Assembly (NCBI GenBank): GCA_031367905.1
Contig: JANLQQ010000154.1
Span: forward strand, 5,344-69,343
Direction of reading: 5' to 3'
Origin: Novosphingobium sp.
Lineage (GTDB): Bacteria; Pseudomonadota; Alphaproteobacteria; Sphingomonadales; Sphingomonadaceae
DNA: 64,000 bases
Positions 19,034-28,520 of the stretch are shown here, piece after piece (positions within the stretch are counted from its first letter, which is position 1; each line of letters opens with the position of its first letter). Below the pieces are notes generated by a model. It was not told where the DNA came from, did not search any database, and was given only the letters and a program-made list of their open reading frames with translations. Made by a program: the position numbers and the translations under genes.

Positions 19034-20214
19034 GCGCCAACTCATACAATTTCAGCGCCAGCCACTCCATCACCGGTCAGCGCATCGGATTGCTGACCGC
19101 CTCGGCCTCGCGGCTAGGCGGCGGAGTGTCCGAGGCGGTCATCGCCCAAGCGCAGCTATTGGCAGAGCTGGGTGCAGAGCCGCATGTCTTTGCGTTGGAA
19201 GACCATTTCAGCGAAGCCGATCGCCCCCGGTTCGGGGACGTGAAAGTCGAACTGCACCGGGTCACCGGACCGTCACAGTTCGGCTTCGCCCCAAGCCTGG
19301 TACAAGGGCTTATGGCGGCAAAGCTAGACTGCCTGCACCTGCATGGCATCTGGATGTATCCATCGGCAGCGGCCGCGCGCTGGGCCCGGCAATCTGGCGG
19401 CGCCTATCTCATCAGCCCGCATGGCATGCTCGATCCCTGGATCACATCGCGTGGGCGCTGGAAAAAGGCGCTGGCGCGGATCGGCTATGAGCGGCGCAGT
19501 TGGCAACGGGCGACCCGCTGGCATGCCCTGACCGAGGCTGAAGCAGCCGATATCGTGGCGGAAACCGGGCGCAGCGCAGTCATCATCCCGAACTGGGCAC
19601 CGCCGCCATCCCTGCCAACCCAGACAGAGAATGGCAGTTTCATATATCTTGGACGGATCCATCCCAAGAAGAACCTGGCCGCGCTGCTTGACGCATGGGG
19701 TGAACTGGACCGGAACGGTGCACTTGGCCCGGCCCGGTTGACGATTGCCGGCTGGGGGGAGGAGCGCGATGTTGCTGCGCTGAAATCGGCACTGGTTAGC
19801 GCACCACCTTCAGTATCGTTCATCGGGCCAGTCCTTGGTGAGCACAAGCAGGCCCTGCTGGACCGGGCGCACCACTTGATTTTGCCGTCGCTCAGTGAAG
19901 GATTGCCAATGGTGATTCTCGAAGCATGGGCCAGTGGCACCCCGACGATAATGACCACGCACTGCCACCTGGATGATGGCATCGCCGCCGGGGCCGCTTT
20001 GCGCTGCGGGACCGATCAGCATTCAATCGCCGCCGCCATTCTGCAGGCGCTTAGCCTGGACGAGGCGCAGTGGGGGGCGATGGCGAAGGCTGCACGGCAG
20101 CTGGCCGCCGGCCCGTTTGCCCGCGCCACCATTGCCGGGCAATGGGCGGCTGCCTATGCTCAGGCTATCGAGCAGGTTCGGCAAGAGACCCCGGACCGCA
20201 AGGCGAGGATGTGA
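19030..20214 (+). CDS. GT4 glycosyltransferase
   Basis: LHLHGIW, ISPHGMLDPW, YLGRIHPKKN, PSLSEGLPMVILEAW. Confidence 0.92.
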   Translation: MSANSYNFSASHSITGQRIGLLTASASRLGGGVSEAVIAQAQLLAELGAEPHVFALEDHFSEADRPRFGDVKVELHRVTGPSQFGFAPSLVQGLMAAKLDCLHLHGIWMYPSAAAARWARQSGGAYLISPHGMLDPWITSRGRWKKALARIGYERRSWQRATRWHALTEAEAADIVAETGRSAVIIPNWAPPPSLPTQTENGSFIYLGRIHPKKNLAALLDAWGELDRNGALGPARLTIAGWGEERDVAALKSALVSAPPSVSFIGPVLGEHKQALLDRAHHLILPSLSEGLPMVILEAWASGTPTIMTTHCHLDDGIAAGAALRCGTDQHSIAAAILQALSLDEAQWGAMAKAARQLAAGPFARATIAGQWAAAYAQAIEQVRQETPDRKARM

Positions 20215-20215
20215 A

Positions 20216-20788
20216 ATGAGTACGCCGCTGAATGCACGCAGCGCGCGCCCACTTGAGGGCGGAGCGAGCTTTTCACTGGGCAACCGCGTGCTGCGGCTGG
20301 TCTGGGGCATGGCCTGGCTGCTGTTCGCCCGCTTCACCCCGCCGCCCCTGTACGGTTGGCGCCGCCTTATTCTGCGCAGTTTTGGAGCGACGATCGCGCC
20401 CGGGGCGCGGGTTCACGCCAGCGCGGTCATCTGGCTGCCCGCCAATCTGGAGCTTGGCCCCAACTGTCTGATCGGCCCGCGGGTCAGGCTGTATAATCAA
20501 GGCCGGATCACCGTAGGCGCGCGCAGTGTGATCTCGCAAGGGGCGCATTTATGCGCGAGCAGCCATGATGTGTCAGATCCGGATTTCCAGCTTGTGCTGC
20601 ATCCGATCACAATCGGGTCGGGGTGCTGGGTTGCCGCGGAGGCCTTTGTCGGCCCAGGGGTAACCATGGCTGACGGATCAGTTTTGGGCGCGCGCGGCGC
20701 CTTGTTCGGAAGCGCCGAGGCCAACGGGATTTATCAAGGCAATCCGGCGGTCTGGATCAAACTGCGCCAATTACGGGGCGTAGGCTAA
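20216..20788 (+). CDS. WcaF-like hexapeptide-repeat O-acetyltransferase
   Basis: WRRLILRSFGA, left-handed beta-helix repeats, SQGAHLCASSHD, GNPA. Confidence 0.88.
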   Translation: MSTPLNARSARPLEGGASFSLGNRVLRLVWGMAWLLFARFTPPPLYGWRRLILRSFGATIAPGARVHASAVIWLPANLELGPNCLIGPRVRLYNQGRITVGARSVISQGAHLCASSHDVSDPDFQLVLHPITIGSGCWVAAEAFVGPGVTMADGSVLGARGALFGSAEANGIYQGNPAVWIKLRQLRGVG

Positions 20789-20793
20789 TCGGA

Positions 20794-21963
20794 TCAGCGC
20801 CGCGTTAATTGCAAATCCTTCAGAGTAACCTCACTGCCGGGAGCGAGCCACAGGACCAGTAGCTGCCCGGGGCATCCCGGATCGGCATTGAGATCGACAC
20901 TGAAACGTGCCTGTTGCAGATCCACCAGCGTGGCTGGAGTGCCTCCTGCCTGTGGTGTTCCGCAACCCAGACTGGCCGCAAAACGCGCCGCCGGGGCGCC
21001 GCTGTCATCGTTCGCGCTCCACGACAGGCGATAGCCTCCCGGAGGCAAAGCCAGCAATTGCTGCGTGACCGCACGCGAGCTGGCTGCGGTAACTCTCGCT
21101 CGCAATTTTTGCGTCCCGCCCGCACCCGGCAGCAGCTCAACACTAAGATTGGCGTCGGCTGGGAAGTTCCAATCAAACAGGGTTCGCTGCTCGCCAAGTG
21201 TCGCTCCGGCGAAGCCGGGGTCTGGTATCAGCCCCGGTGCCCTTTCGACAAAACAAGCTGAGCGCCACATCTTCAAGCCTTGGCCAACATCGCCTTGCTG
21301 CACCAAGCGATCGATCAACGTTGCTACTTCGCCGCAATTGAGCGCCTGTGGTGCCAACAGCCCAAGCACGGCGGCGCGTTCGCGCAGCTGCCCGGGGTCA
21401 ATTCTCGCAGTTGGCTTGATGAAAGTGGTCAGCCACGCGGGGCGGCGCGCAAGCCGCGCTGCCAGAGCACGGCGCCCGGCTTCGCTATTGGTAAACTGGC
21501 CAAGCAGCTGGTCGCCCTGCGGAAAGCCGGGCATCTGGCGAAGCACCGCATCAAGCCGCTGCGCAGCTATTTCGGTGGCACCCCGATTGAGCGCGATCTG
21601 CATCCAGTAAAGTTGGGTAATCGGCTCACGCCACCCAAGCCTACCAGCCACGACAAAGGCATCATCGGCGCGGGCCAAATGGCCTTGGGCATACAGGGCT
21701 GCCCCAAGCAGGGCGGACGAGCCTGGATCAAGCGGCTCTGCCGTTAGCGCACGGCGAGCCCATATTTCTGCCTGGTTCGGCTGGTTCGCGGTCAGCGCCA
21801 CGCGGGCCAGCGACCGCGCCGCGACCGGAGAGAGGTATGCAGGCTTTATTCCCGCCATTCGGGCCTCGGACGAACTTAGCCGATCCAGCCCACTCAGCAG
21901 GGCAAGGCTGCCAATCCCAAACGCTGCAATCAAGATGCAAATTGCCGCCAGATACCGCAGCAT
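20794..21963 (-). CDS. Periplasmic TPR-like protein with C-terminal beta-sandwich
   Basis: N-terminal hydrophobic anchor; Ala-rich helical repeats (ARRALTAEP); DPGF...FDWNF C-terminal domain; start 21963 or GTG 22002. Confidence 0.65.
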   Translation of the reverse strand: MLRYLAAICILIAAFGIGSLALLSGLDRLSSSEARMAGIKPAYLSPVAARSLARVALTANQPNQAEIWARRALTAEPLDPGSSALLGAALYAQGHLARADDAFVVAGRLGWREPITQLYWMQIALNRGATEIAAQRLDAVLRQMPGFPQGDQLLGQFTNSEAGRRALAARLARRPAWLTTFIKPTARIDPGQLRERAAVLGLLAPQALNCGEVATLIDRLVQQGDVGQGLKMWRSACFVERAPGLIPDPGFAGATLGEQRTLFDWNFPADANLSVELLPGAGGTQKLRARVTAASSRAVTQQLLALPPGGYRLSWSANDDSGAPAARFAASLGCGTPQAGGTPATLVDLQQARFSVDLNADPGCPGQLLVLWLAPGSEVTLKDLQLTRR

Positions 21964-22003
21964 TCGCGAGGCAGGAACCGGTTGATCCTTGCCCCGGCCC
22001 ACT

Positions 22004-24253
22004 TCAGGCTGCGGCCTTGGTGCTGGCCTTGTCCTTGCCGGAATACTGATAATAGTCGTAGCCGTAATATTCGGAATAGCGGTTGCTGCCCTTCGACACG
22101 TCGAACATTGTCAATACCGCGCCCAGAATTGTTGGCTGCATCGCGCGGAGGCGGCGCAGCGAAGCCTTGAGCGAACCGCGCCGGCCACGGTCAGCTTCGA
22201 CCACAAAGATCACCCCTTCGACCAGCGCCGACATCAACGGGGCGTCAGCCAGGCCGAGGACCGGGGGACAATCGAGGATCACGATGTCATAAGTTGCTGC
22301 CAGCTCAGCAAGGACTGCTTCCATCCGGGCGGAACTCAGCAGTTCCGTCGGGCTCGGCGGGATCGGGCCGGAAGTGATCAATGACAGGTTCTCAGTGCCG
22401 GTTTCACGCACCGCACTCAGCACTGGATCTGCGGAAGTCAGCAAGTTTGACATCCCGCGACCATTTTCACCGTCAAGCTTGTGGTGCAGCGAAGGGCGGC
22501 GCAAATCGACGTCGAGCAAGACCACCCGCCGCCCCATCCGGGCCAGGCTGTTGGCGATTGCCCAACTGGTGGTGGTCTTGCCTTCCGCAGGCTGAGAGCT
22601 GGTAATCAACAGCGTACGCGGCAGGCCGTGGCTGGTGGCATAGATCAGCGCGCCGCGCAGCGAGTTATAGGATTCGCTGATCGGCGACTTGGGATCGAGC
22701 AGTTCTTGCTCAGGCGAATCACCGCGGGTCTTGGGCACCACGCCGAGCAGCGGCAACATCAGCTTGCCTTCGACATCCTCGGGAACATGCACAGTGTCGT
22801 CAAACTGGCTCTTGAGGAAGACAACCAGCATCGCCAGCACAGTTGCAGCGAACAGCGCAAATACGACATTCTTCATCAGGTTGGGCGAGGATGGCGAGGT
22901 TGGTGTTTCGGCCTCGTCAATGATCGAAATGTTGCTGGCGCTGAGTCCAGCAGCGGCGTTCAGCTCTTTGAAGCGCTGGAGCAACCCATCATACAGCGCG
23001 CGATTGGTATCAGCTTCACGGGCCAGCAGATTATACTGCACCAGACGATCCTGCTCGGCCAAGGTTTCCGACTTGAGCCGATCGACCTGATTGCCGAGGG
23101 CCTGTTCGGTTGATGCGGCGGCCAGATAATCGGCCCGGATTGAATCGCGGACACTGCGCGCGGTCCGCTGGATTTGGGCGTCAATCGCGCCAAGTTGCGC
23201 CCGCAGCTGCAGGACCGTGGGATGATCTTCAAGGTGCCGGGCCCGCTCTTCCTCAAGCGCCGCATCGATCTTGCCGCGCTCGGTCGTCAGCTGCTGGACG
23301 CTGGCATTGGACAGCACTTCGCGCGCGCTCAGCAGCGGCACTCCGGCGATCGCCTGCCAGCGGCCTTCGGCAGCGATGCGGGCAGAACGCGCATCATTGG
23401 CGGCCGAGTTGGTCTGAAGCAGGCTGGCAGTGGTCACCGAACTACCGCCGCCAGTTTGAGAAGCCCCGTTCGGCCCCGGCGCAGGAATCGCATCCCGGGT
23501 GCGGATCAAGCCGTTCTCCCGGGCATAGCTGTTCACCGCGCGCTCCGAAGTTTCCAGGCGGGCCTTGGCTTCGCCCAACTGGTTGGAGACGAAATCGCGG
23601 GCATAGGCCGAGCTGTCATAGCGGCGTTGCAAATTGGCCTGGATAAACTCGCCGGCAAAGCCATTGGCGATCCGCGCCGACATTTCCGGATCGGTGCTTT
23701 CAAAGGTAATTGCGGTCACGCGCGAATTGCGCGGCAGCTTTGCCGCAAGATTACTGCGGAGCATGGCGATAGTCAGCTCGCGCGCCATCCGGGGATCGGC
23801 CCCCGGCACCGGGGGTTCGACTTGCACAGCCTTATAAAAGCGGGCGCTTCCGGTCAGGCCCATCTTTTGCATGACGCGCACTGCCAGACCGCGGCTGTTC
23901 AGAATATCGATCTGGGTCTGGAGGAAGCGATCGACATCATAGGATGCGTTGACGCTCGCCGAACTATCTTCCTGGTCTTTCAGAATGCGTTCGGACTGAT
24001 CGTTGATCTGAACGCTGGCCCGGGCTGTATAACGCGGGGTCTGGAGCATCGTCGCCACCACCGCCAGTGCCAGCGCCGCACCCAGCATCAAGGCAATCAG
24101 CACGATGTTGGCCCGCACCAGCGAAACATAATAGCGGATGTCAAAACCCGGGCCCTTGCCCTCGCCATAAATGTCTTCGTTCGACAAATGATCAAGAGTA
24201 ACGGCCCGCTCGGCGAGGGACGCCACATCTTGAGGGTGGGCCAGCTGATTCAC
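22004..24253 (-). CDS. wzc: Wzc polysaccharide co-polymerase/tyrosine autokinase
   Basis: Two TMs around a coiled coil; Walker A SSQPAEGKTT, DVDLRRP, ILDCPP; C-terminal Tyr cluster YSEYYGYDYYQY. Confidence 0.93.
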   Translation of the reverse strand: MNQLAHPQDVASLAERAVTLDHLSNEDIYGEGKGPGFDIRYYVSLVRANIVLIALMLGAALALAVVATMLQTPRYTARASVQINDQSERILKDQEDSSASVNASYDVDRFLQTQIDILNSRGLAVRVMQKMGLTGSARFYKAVQVEPPVPGADPRMARELTIAMLRSNLAAKLPRNSRVTAITFESTDPEMSARIANGFAGEFIQANLQRRYDSSAYARDFVSNQLGEAKARLETSERAVNSYARENGLIRTRDAIPAPGPNGASQTGGGSSVTTASLLQTNSAANDARSARIAAEGRWQAIAGVPLLSAREVLSNASVQQLTTERGKIDAALEEERARHLEDHPTVLQLRAQLGAIDAQIQRTARSVRDSIRADYLAAASTEQALGNQVDRLKSETLAEQDRLVQYNLLAREADTNRALYDGLLQRFKELNAAAGLSASNISIIDEAETPTSPSSPNLMKNVVFALFAATVLAMLVVFLKSQFDDTVHVPEDVEGKLMLPLLGVVPKTRGDSPEQELLDPKSPISESYNSLRGALIYATSHGLPRTLLITSSQPAEGKTTTSWAIANSLARMGRRVVLLDVDLRRPSLHHKLDGENGRGMSNLLTSADPVLSAVRETGTENLSLITSGPIPPSPTELLSSARMEAVLAELAATYDIVILDCPPVLGLADAPLMSALVEGVIFVVEADRGRRGSLKASLRRLRAMQPTILGAVLTMFDVSKGSNRYSEYYGYDYYQYSGKDKASTKAAA

Positions 24254-24271
24254 GACTGTATCCTGACGGGA

Positions 24272-24967
24272 CTAGAAGTAACTGAAAACATAAAGCAGCG
24301 GCGCCGCAACCAGGAAGTCGCGGAAGGCGCCCTTGACGGCATCGAAGCCCACGACGACGACATCGCCGCCGATTAACTGAGGATCGGCGGCCCTGCCGTT
24401 GCGGATCGCACCAAGATCGAAGCGCGCGCCCATCCGGCGCCCGTTGACCGTGCGAAACACCACAACTTCATCCAGCTTGGCTGTCTTGGTGGGACTTTGC
24501 GCCTGAGCGAGTGCTGAGAGCAGAGTGGATTGCGTGCCGACCTCATAGACCCCGGGATGACCGACCTGACCCTCAACCGCGACCGTCTGGGCGCGCGATA
24601 ATATGAGATTGACCACCACACTGGGGTTGCGGATGTAGCGGGTGCCAAGCCGCATGGTTATTTCTGCCGCCAGATCCGCCGTGGTCTTATCGGCCGCGAT
24701 CATGTCGCCGACCAGCGGAAGCTGAACCCGGCCGACCTCATCGACCTTGAGTTTGTCAACGCTGAGATCTGGTTCCTGAAAGACCCGCACCTGCAATTCA
24801 TCACCGGGACGGATGCGATAAGCGGTCGGCAGCGCAGCATAATCGGCCTGCGGAACAACGGCATAGGCCGCATCACCGGTTGGCAGATTATTTTTACCCC
24901 CGCTGGCGCAACCAGCCAGTAGCGCAATCGCCGCAAGCGCGCAGATCTGGCGGGAGAAGCAATTCAT
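24272..24967 (-). CDS. wza: Wza/OPX polysaccharide export lipoprotein
   Basis: Lipobox LLAGC; YRIRPGDELQVRVF, LPLVG, VEGQVGHPGVY. Confidence 0.9.
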   Translation of the reverse strand: MNCFSRQICALAAIALLAGCASGGKNNLPTGDAAYAVVPQADYAALPTAYRIRPGDELQVRVFQEPDLSVDKLKVDEVGRVQLPLVGDMIAADKTTADLAAEITMRLGTRYIRNPSVVVNLILSRAQTVAVEGQVGHPGVYEVGTQSTLLSALAQAQSPTKTAKLDEVVVFRTVNGRRMGARFDLGAIRNGRAADPQLIGGDVVVVGFDAVKGAFRDFLVAAPLLYVFSYF

Positions 24968-24970
24968 TGC

Positions 24971-26401
24971 CTATTGAACCTTTGATCCGCTGTTACCCGA
25001 TTGCCGATGCGGCATCGGCATAAGCATTGCGGCAGAGATCGCTGCGATGGCCGCCAACGACATCGAGCGCAAGGGGTAATCGACCATCGAATGAAGTCCA
25101 AGAACGGCCAGCACCACACCACCAAACCAGACTTGCACGCGCGCGCCCGGTATACCACTGCACCAGTGCTTGTGGGCGAGGCCAATCAGGATCGCGGCGC
25201 AAATCGCAAGCACGATAGTCCCCGGCAGACCTGCTTCAATGGCGAATTCCAGAAAATCATTGTGGGCCCGGTTTGGAACGGTTGGATCGACCACCTCAAG
25301 CCGCTCGCTGGCGAGGAACACCGGTACGAAATTGCCGAGTCCGGCCCCGAATGGCCAGTACTGACCGAGGCTGTAGAGCGAATCTTTCCACAATTCGGGG
25401 CGGAACTCACCAGCAAAATCATACCGCGCAAGTATGCCTGCGATCACCGAATTGCGCAGCAAGAGCGGAAGGACTGCGCCTGCGGTCACTATCCCCAGCA
25501 GCGCCAGACCTACTCTCCGCGATAGCGCGAGATGGGCTTGAAAGATCCCCAGCTGTGCAATTACGACCAGCGGAACCAGCATCATGCCGGCGCGCGAACC
25601 AGTCAGCACAATGCCAAGTGCCAACATCAGAAAGGGTGCAGCCATCACCAGCGGCCAGCGGAATTGCTCGGCGCGGGTCCGGCGCAGGCCGATCCGTTCC
25701 AGCATCGCCGCGCTCAGAGCCAGATAGCCGACCAACAGCAGGTCTGCGCTGCTGTTGCGATTGGCCTGGAAACCGCTCAGGAACGGTTGGTCCGGAACGT
25801 AGAAGCGCAGCCAGTTGCCAGTCCCGCCAGACATTTGCGCAGCGCCGACCACCAGGCTGAGCAGCGCGATCCCCGCGATCAACCCCATGATCATGGCCCG
25901 TCCCGCCCGATCGAGCGAAGCAACCATTACCATGGCAATCAGCGGGACGATAAGCGCAAGCCCCGCTGCGATCGTCCGCGCCGGCGAGATAGTCAGCGGG
26001 CGCCAGCTATCCTGTTGGCCGATCAGAGCAAGTGCGGCACGCTCACCCGCGCGGCCCGGCAGACCGTGCCACAGGATTGGCGGCAATGGTATCAACTGGA
26101 TGAGCGGGATTGCAAAAAGGATGACCGCAAGCAGGATGGCCGGGCCGGACAACTGGGCTGGGGGCCGCTTAAAATAAGCTCTAGCCCCAAGCGTGGCTGC
26201 CCAGGCAGCAAGTAGCGCTGCAGTGATGAGCTGGAGGATAAGCTCGGGCAGCGGGTTGGGCGAACCGCCGCCGCCCAGCATGATTACCACGCCCAGGAAC
26301 GACACCGCCACCACGCCGGCAAGGGAAGACGGATCTTTCCCTCGCCCAACCGCTGAGGACAACCGCAATAAATCAGGGAGTTGAACTATTGCCACAGGCA
26401 T
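24971..26401 (-). CDS. O-antigen ligase (WaaL/Wzy_C)-family membrane protein
   Basis: Multi-TM; GFQANRN, LTGSRAG, GAGLGNF, RAHNDFLE, HSMVDYPLR. Confidence 0.88.
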   Translation of the reverse strand: MPVAIVQLPDLLRLSSAVGRGKDPSSLAGVVAVSFLGVVIMLGGGGSPNPLPELILQLITAALLAAWAATLGARAYFKRPPAQLSGPAILLAVILFAIPLIQLIPLPPILWHGLPGRAGERAALALIGQQDSWRPLTISPARTIAAGLALIVPLIAMVMVASLDRAGRAMIMGLIAGIALLSLVVGAAQMSGGTGNWLRFYVPDQPFLSGFQANRNSSADLLLVGYLALSAAMLERIGLRRTRAEQFRWPLVMAAPFLMLALGIVLTGSRAGMMLVPLVVIAQLGIFQAHLALSRRVGLALLGIVTAGAVLPLLLRNSVIAGILARYDFAGEFRPELWKDSLYSLGQYWPFGAGLGNFVPVFLASERLEVVDPTVPNRAHNDFLEFAIEAGLPGTIVLAICAAILIGLAHKHWCSGIPGARVQVWFGGVVLAVLGLHSMVDYPLRSMSLAAIAAISAAMLMPMPHRQSGNSGSKVQ

Positions 26402-26454
26402 AGCTGGCCAGGCAAGAGGAACGCAAGTGCGACGTTTTGCCGCCGCAAGGCTGG

Positions 26455-26916
26455 TTAACCCTTGCTATCTTTGCCCAACGCGATGGCCAGCCCGGCAGCG
26501 CCGCCTGCGGCAACCAGAACTGTCAGCACGGTGCCAGCAGCCCCGCCGCTACCACCGGCAGCCTGACCGCCAGAGTTACCCGGCGCAGGCGCACCATCGC
26601 AGGTGCGATCACGCAGCAGCGCACCAACGATTGCTTCGGCCGAGCCGTTGGCGTTGCCCGAAGGACCAGTAGAAATTGTGCAGACGCAGCCGCCATTGTT
26701 CATCACCTGACGCGTGATGTCAGCAGTTCCGGGCGCGCCATTGCGCACCACATCAACGCGGCATTGACCGCCTGCGCCGGACCCACCGCCCAGACCATCG
26801 GCGGCCATTAGCACCTGCGAAGGGAGCGCGGCAAAAGACCGCGTTTCAGTCGCGGATGCGACGCCCGCACCCAACAGGCCAGCGGCGGCGATTGCTGCGA
26901 TAATTTGCGATGTCAC
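26455..26916 (-). CDS. Small secreted 4-Cys protein with Gly-rich linker and C-terminal TM
   Basis: Signal peptide ending ASA; Cys in GQC, CVC, RTC; C-terminus VLTVLVAAGGAAGLAIALGKDSKG. Confidence 0.7.
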   Translation of the reverse strand: MTSQIIAAIAAAGLLGAGVASATETRSFAALPSQVLMAADGLGGGSGAGGQCRVDVVRNGAPGTADITRQVMNNGGCVCTISTGPSGNANGSAEAIVGALLRDRTCDGAPAPGNSGGQAAGGSGGAAGTVLTVLVAAGGAAGLAIALGKDSKG

Positions 26917-27079
26917 TTGGCGATACCCTTGAAATATTTTTTTAGTTCAGTTGTAAATACCACAGGGAAGATACCCATGTCCAGTTAATACAGTGTGAAT
27001 CCACGGGGTTGTACCAAATTAACCATAACTGCGACAAAACTGCTGCACCCGGACTCGCCCTCTGGGGGCTGGATTAACG

Positions 27080-28426
27080 CTAATAGGCCTGGGGATGAAT
27101 CAGCACCCGCAGCGTCGCCGCCAGGATCCCCACATCGCGGGCCAATGACCAGCCGTCGAGATATTCAAGATCGGCGTTCAGGCGCTGTGCCAGATCGGAT
27201 TCCTGCTCTGTCGTGCCGCGGAGGCCGCGTACCTGAGCGAGGCCGGTCAGCCCAGGCCGCAGCGCATGGCGCTGCCAATAGCGGGCATCGACTTCCCAAA
27301 ACAGCTTCTCGCCAGCTTGCGAACCAAGCGCATGCGGCCTTGGCCCCACCAGGCTCATATCGCCCAGCACGACATTGACCAGCTGGGGCAGCTCGTCGAT
27401 GCTGGTCCGGCGGATGAATTGGCCAATCCGGGTGATCCGATGATCGTCCCGCGCGGTGGAAGTATCGCCCTGATGATCGCTGCCATCCACTGCCATGCTG
27501 CGGAATTTGATCACTTTGAAAAAGCGATTGCCCCGCCCGACCCGACGCTGGAAAAACAGCACGGGACCACCGTCGTCCAGCCGGATTGCCAGCGCGACCA
27601 GCAACAAGATCGGTGACAGCAGGACCAGTCCGCCGCCCGCCAGCGCAACATCGAACATGCGCTTGGCCAGACGGGCGCGCAGACCCAGCGGCCCGACCGA
27701 GACCCGCAGCCAGCCGTGCCCGCCTGCAACCCGCGCGCCATGCGCGCCCAGCTGCGAGACGGCATCGTCCAGGACCTCGCCCGAGACATTCGCGCCCTTG
27801 AGGATAATCGCCCAGGCCGCCCGGCGCTCTGGCGGGCAGCTGACTACTACCCGATCGATATTGTTCAAAACCTTACCGATCCGATCGAGTTGAACCGGAT
27901 TGCCAAGCTCGGGGGCAAGGCCATGCTCGCGGGCCGAAATGCGCAGCGCCCTGGGTAGTTCAATCACCGGACCTCCATCATCCAGGATCAGCTCGTTGAC
28001 TATAGCGGGTCCGCATCGCCAGCGCACGAAAGCCCGCATCTGGGCCCTGATCCAGATCATGCAGAATGCCGCCAGCAGCATCCCGCTGGTAAAGCTGAGC
28101 CGCGAGAATTCTTCACTCGATTTGGTATAAAAGGCAATGAATACAACCGCCGCTGCCGAGATCGCCAGCGCCGCCATCGCCCGCAATGTGCCATGCACTG
28201 CATTCGTCAGAGCGGAAATCGAATAGGCCCCGTTATAGAAGCCGACGGTCAGGAAGATCGGAAGGACCAGCTGGGCCAGGACTGCCGACTGTTGCAGCCC
28301 CAGATTTCCGAGGTACAGATATCCTGCACTCGAGAATCCGGCAAATAACGCCAGAATATCAGCGAGGACCAACGCCAGATAAGATTGCAGCCGCCTTCTA
28401 TCGAGCGGCCGGGCAGGTTCGATCAT
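27080..28426 (-). CDS. Priming phosphoglycosyl transferase (WcaJ/ExoY-like)
   Basis: [40 protein letters not shown]; four N-terminal TMs; start uncertain. Confidence 0.93.
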   Translation of the reverse strand: MIEPARPLDRRRLQSYLALVLADILALFAGFSSAGYLYLGNLGLQQSAVLAQLVLPIFLTVGFYNGAYSISALTNAVHGTLRAMAALAISAAAVVFIAFYTKSSEEFSRLSFTSGMLLAAFCMIWIRAQMRAFVRWRCGPAIVNELILDDGGPVIELPRALRISAREHGLAPELGNPVQLDRIGKVLNNIDRVVVSCPPERRAAWAIILKGANVSGEVLDDAVSQLGAHGARVAGGHGWLRVSVGPLGLRARLAKRMFDVALAGGGLVLLSPILLLVALAIRLDDGGPVLFFQRRVGRGNRFFKVIKFRSMAVDGSDHQGDTSTARDDHRITRIGQFIRRTSIDELPQLVNVVLGDMSLVGPRPHALGSQAGEKLFWEVDARYWQRHALRPGLTGLAQVRGLRGTTEQESDLAQRLNADLEYLDGWSLARDVGILAATLRVLIHPQAY

Positions 28427-28520
28427 GCAAGTGCCCCGCGCGACGCCGAGAATTCGGACACCCGCTGTCTCTGCCTCGCCGGCCAGCGATGCGCAAGGCG
28501 TGGCGACGCCAAAATTGTGA

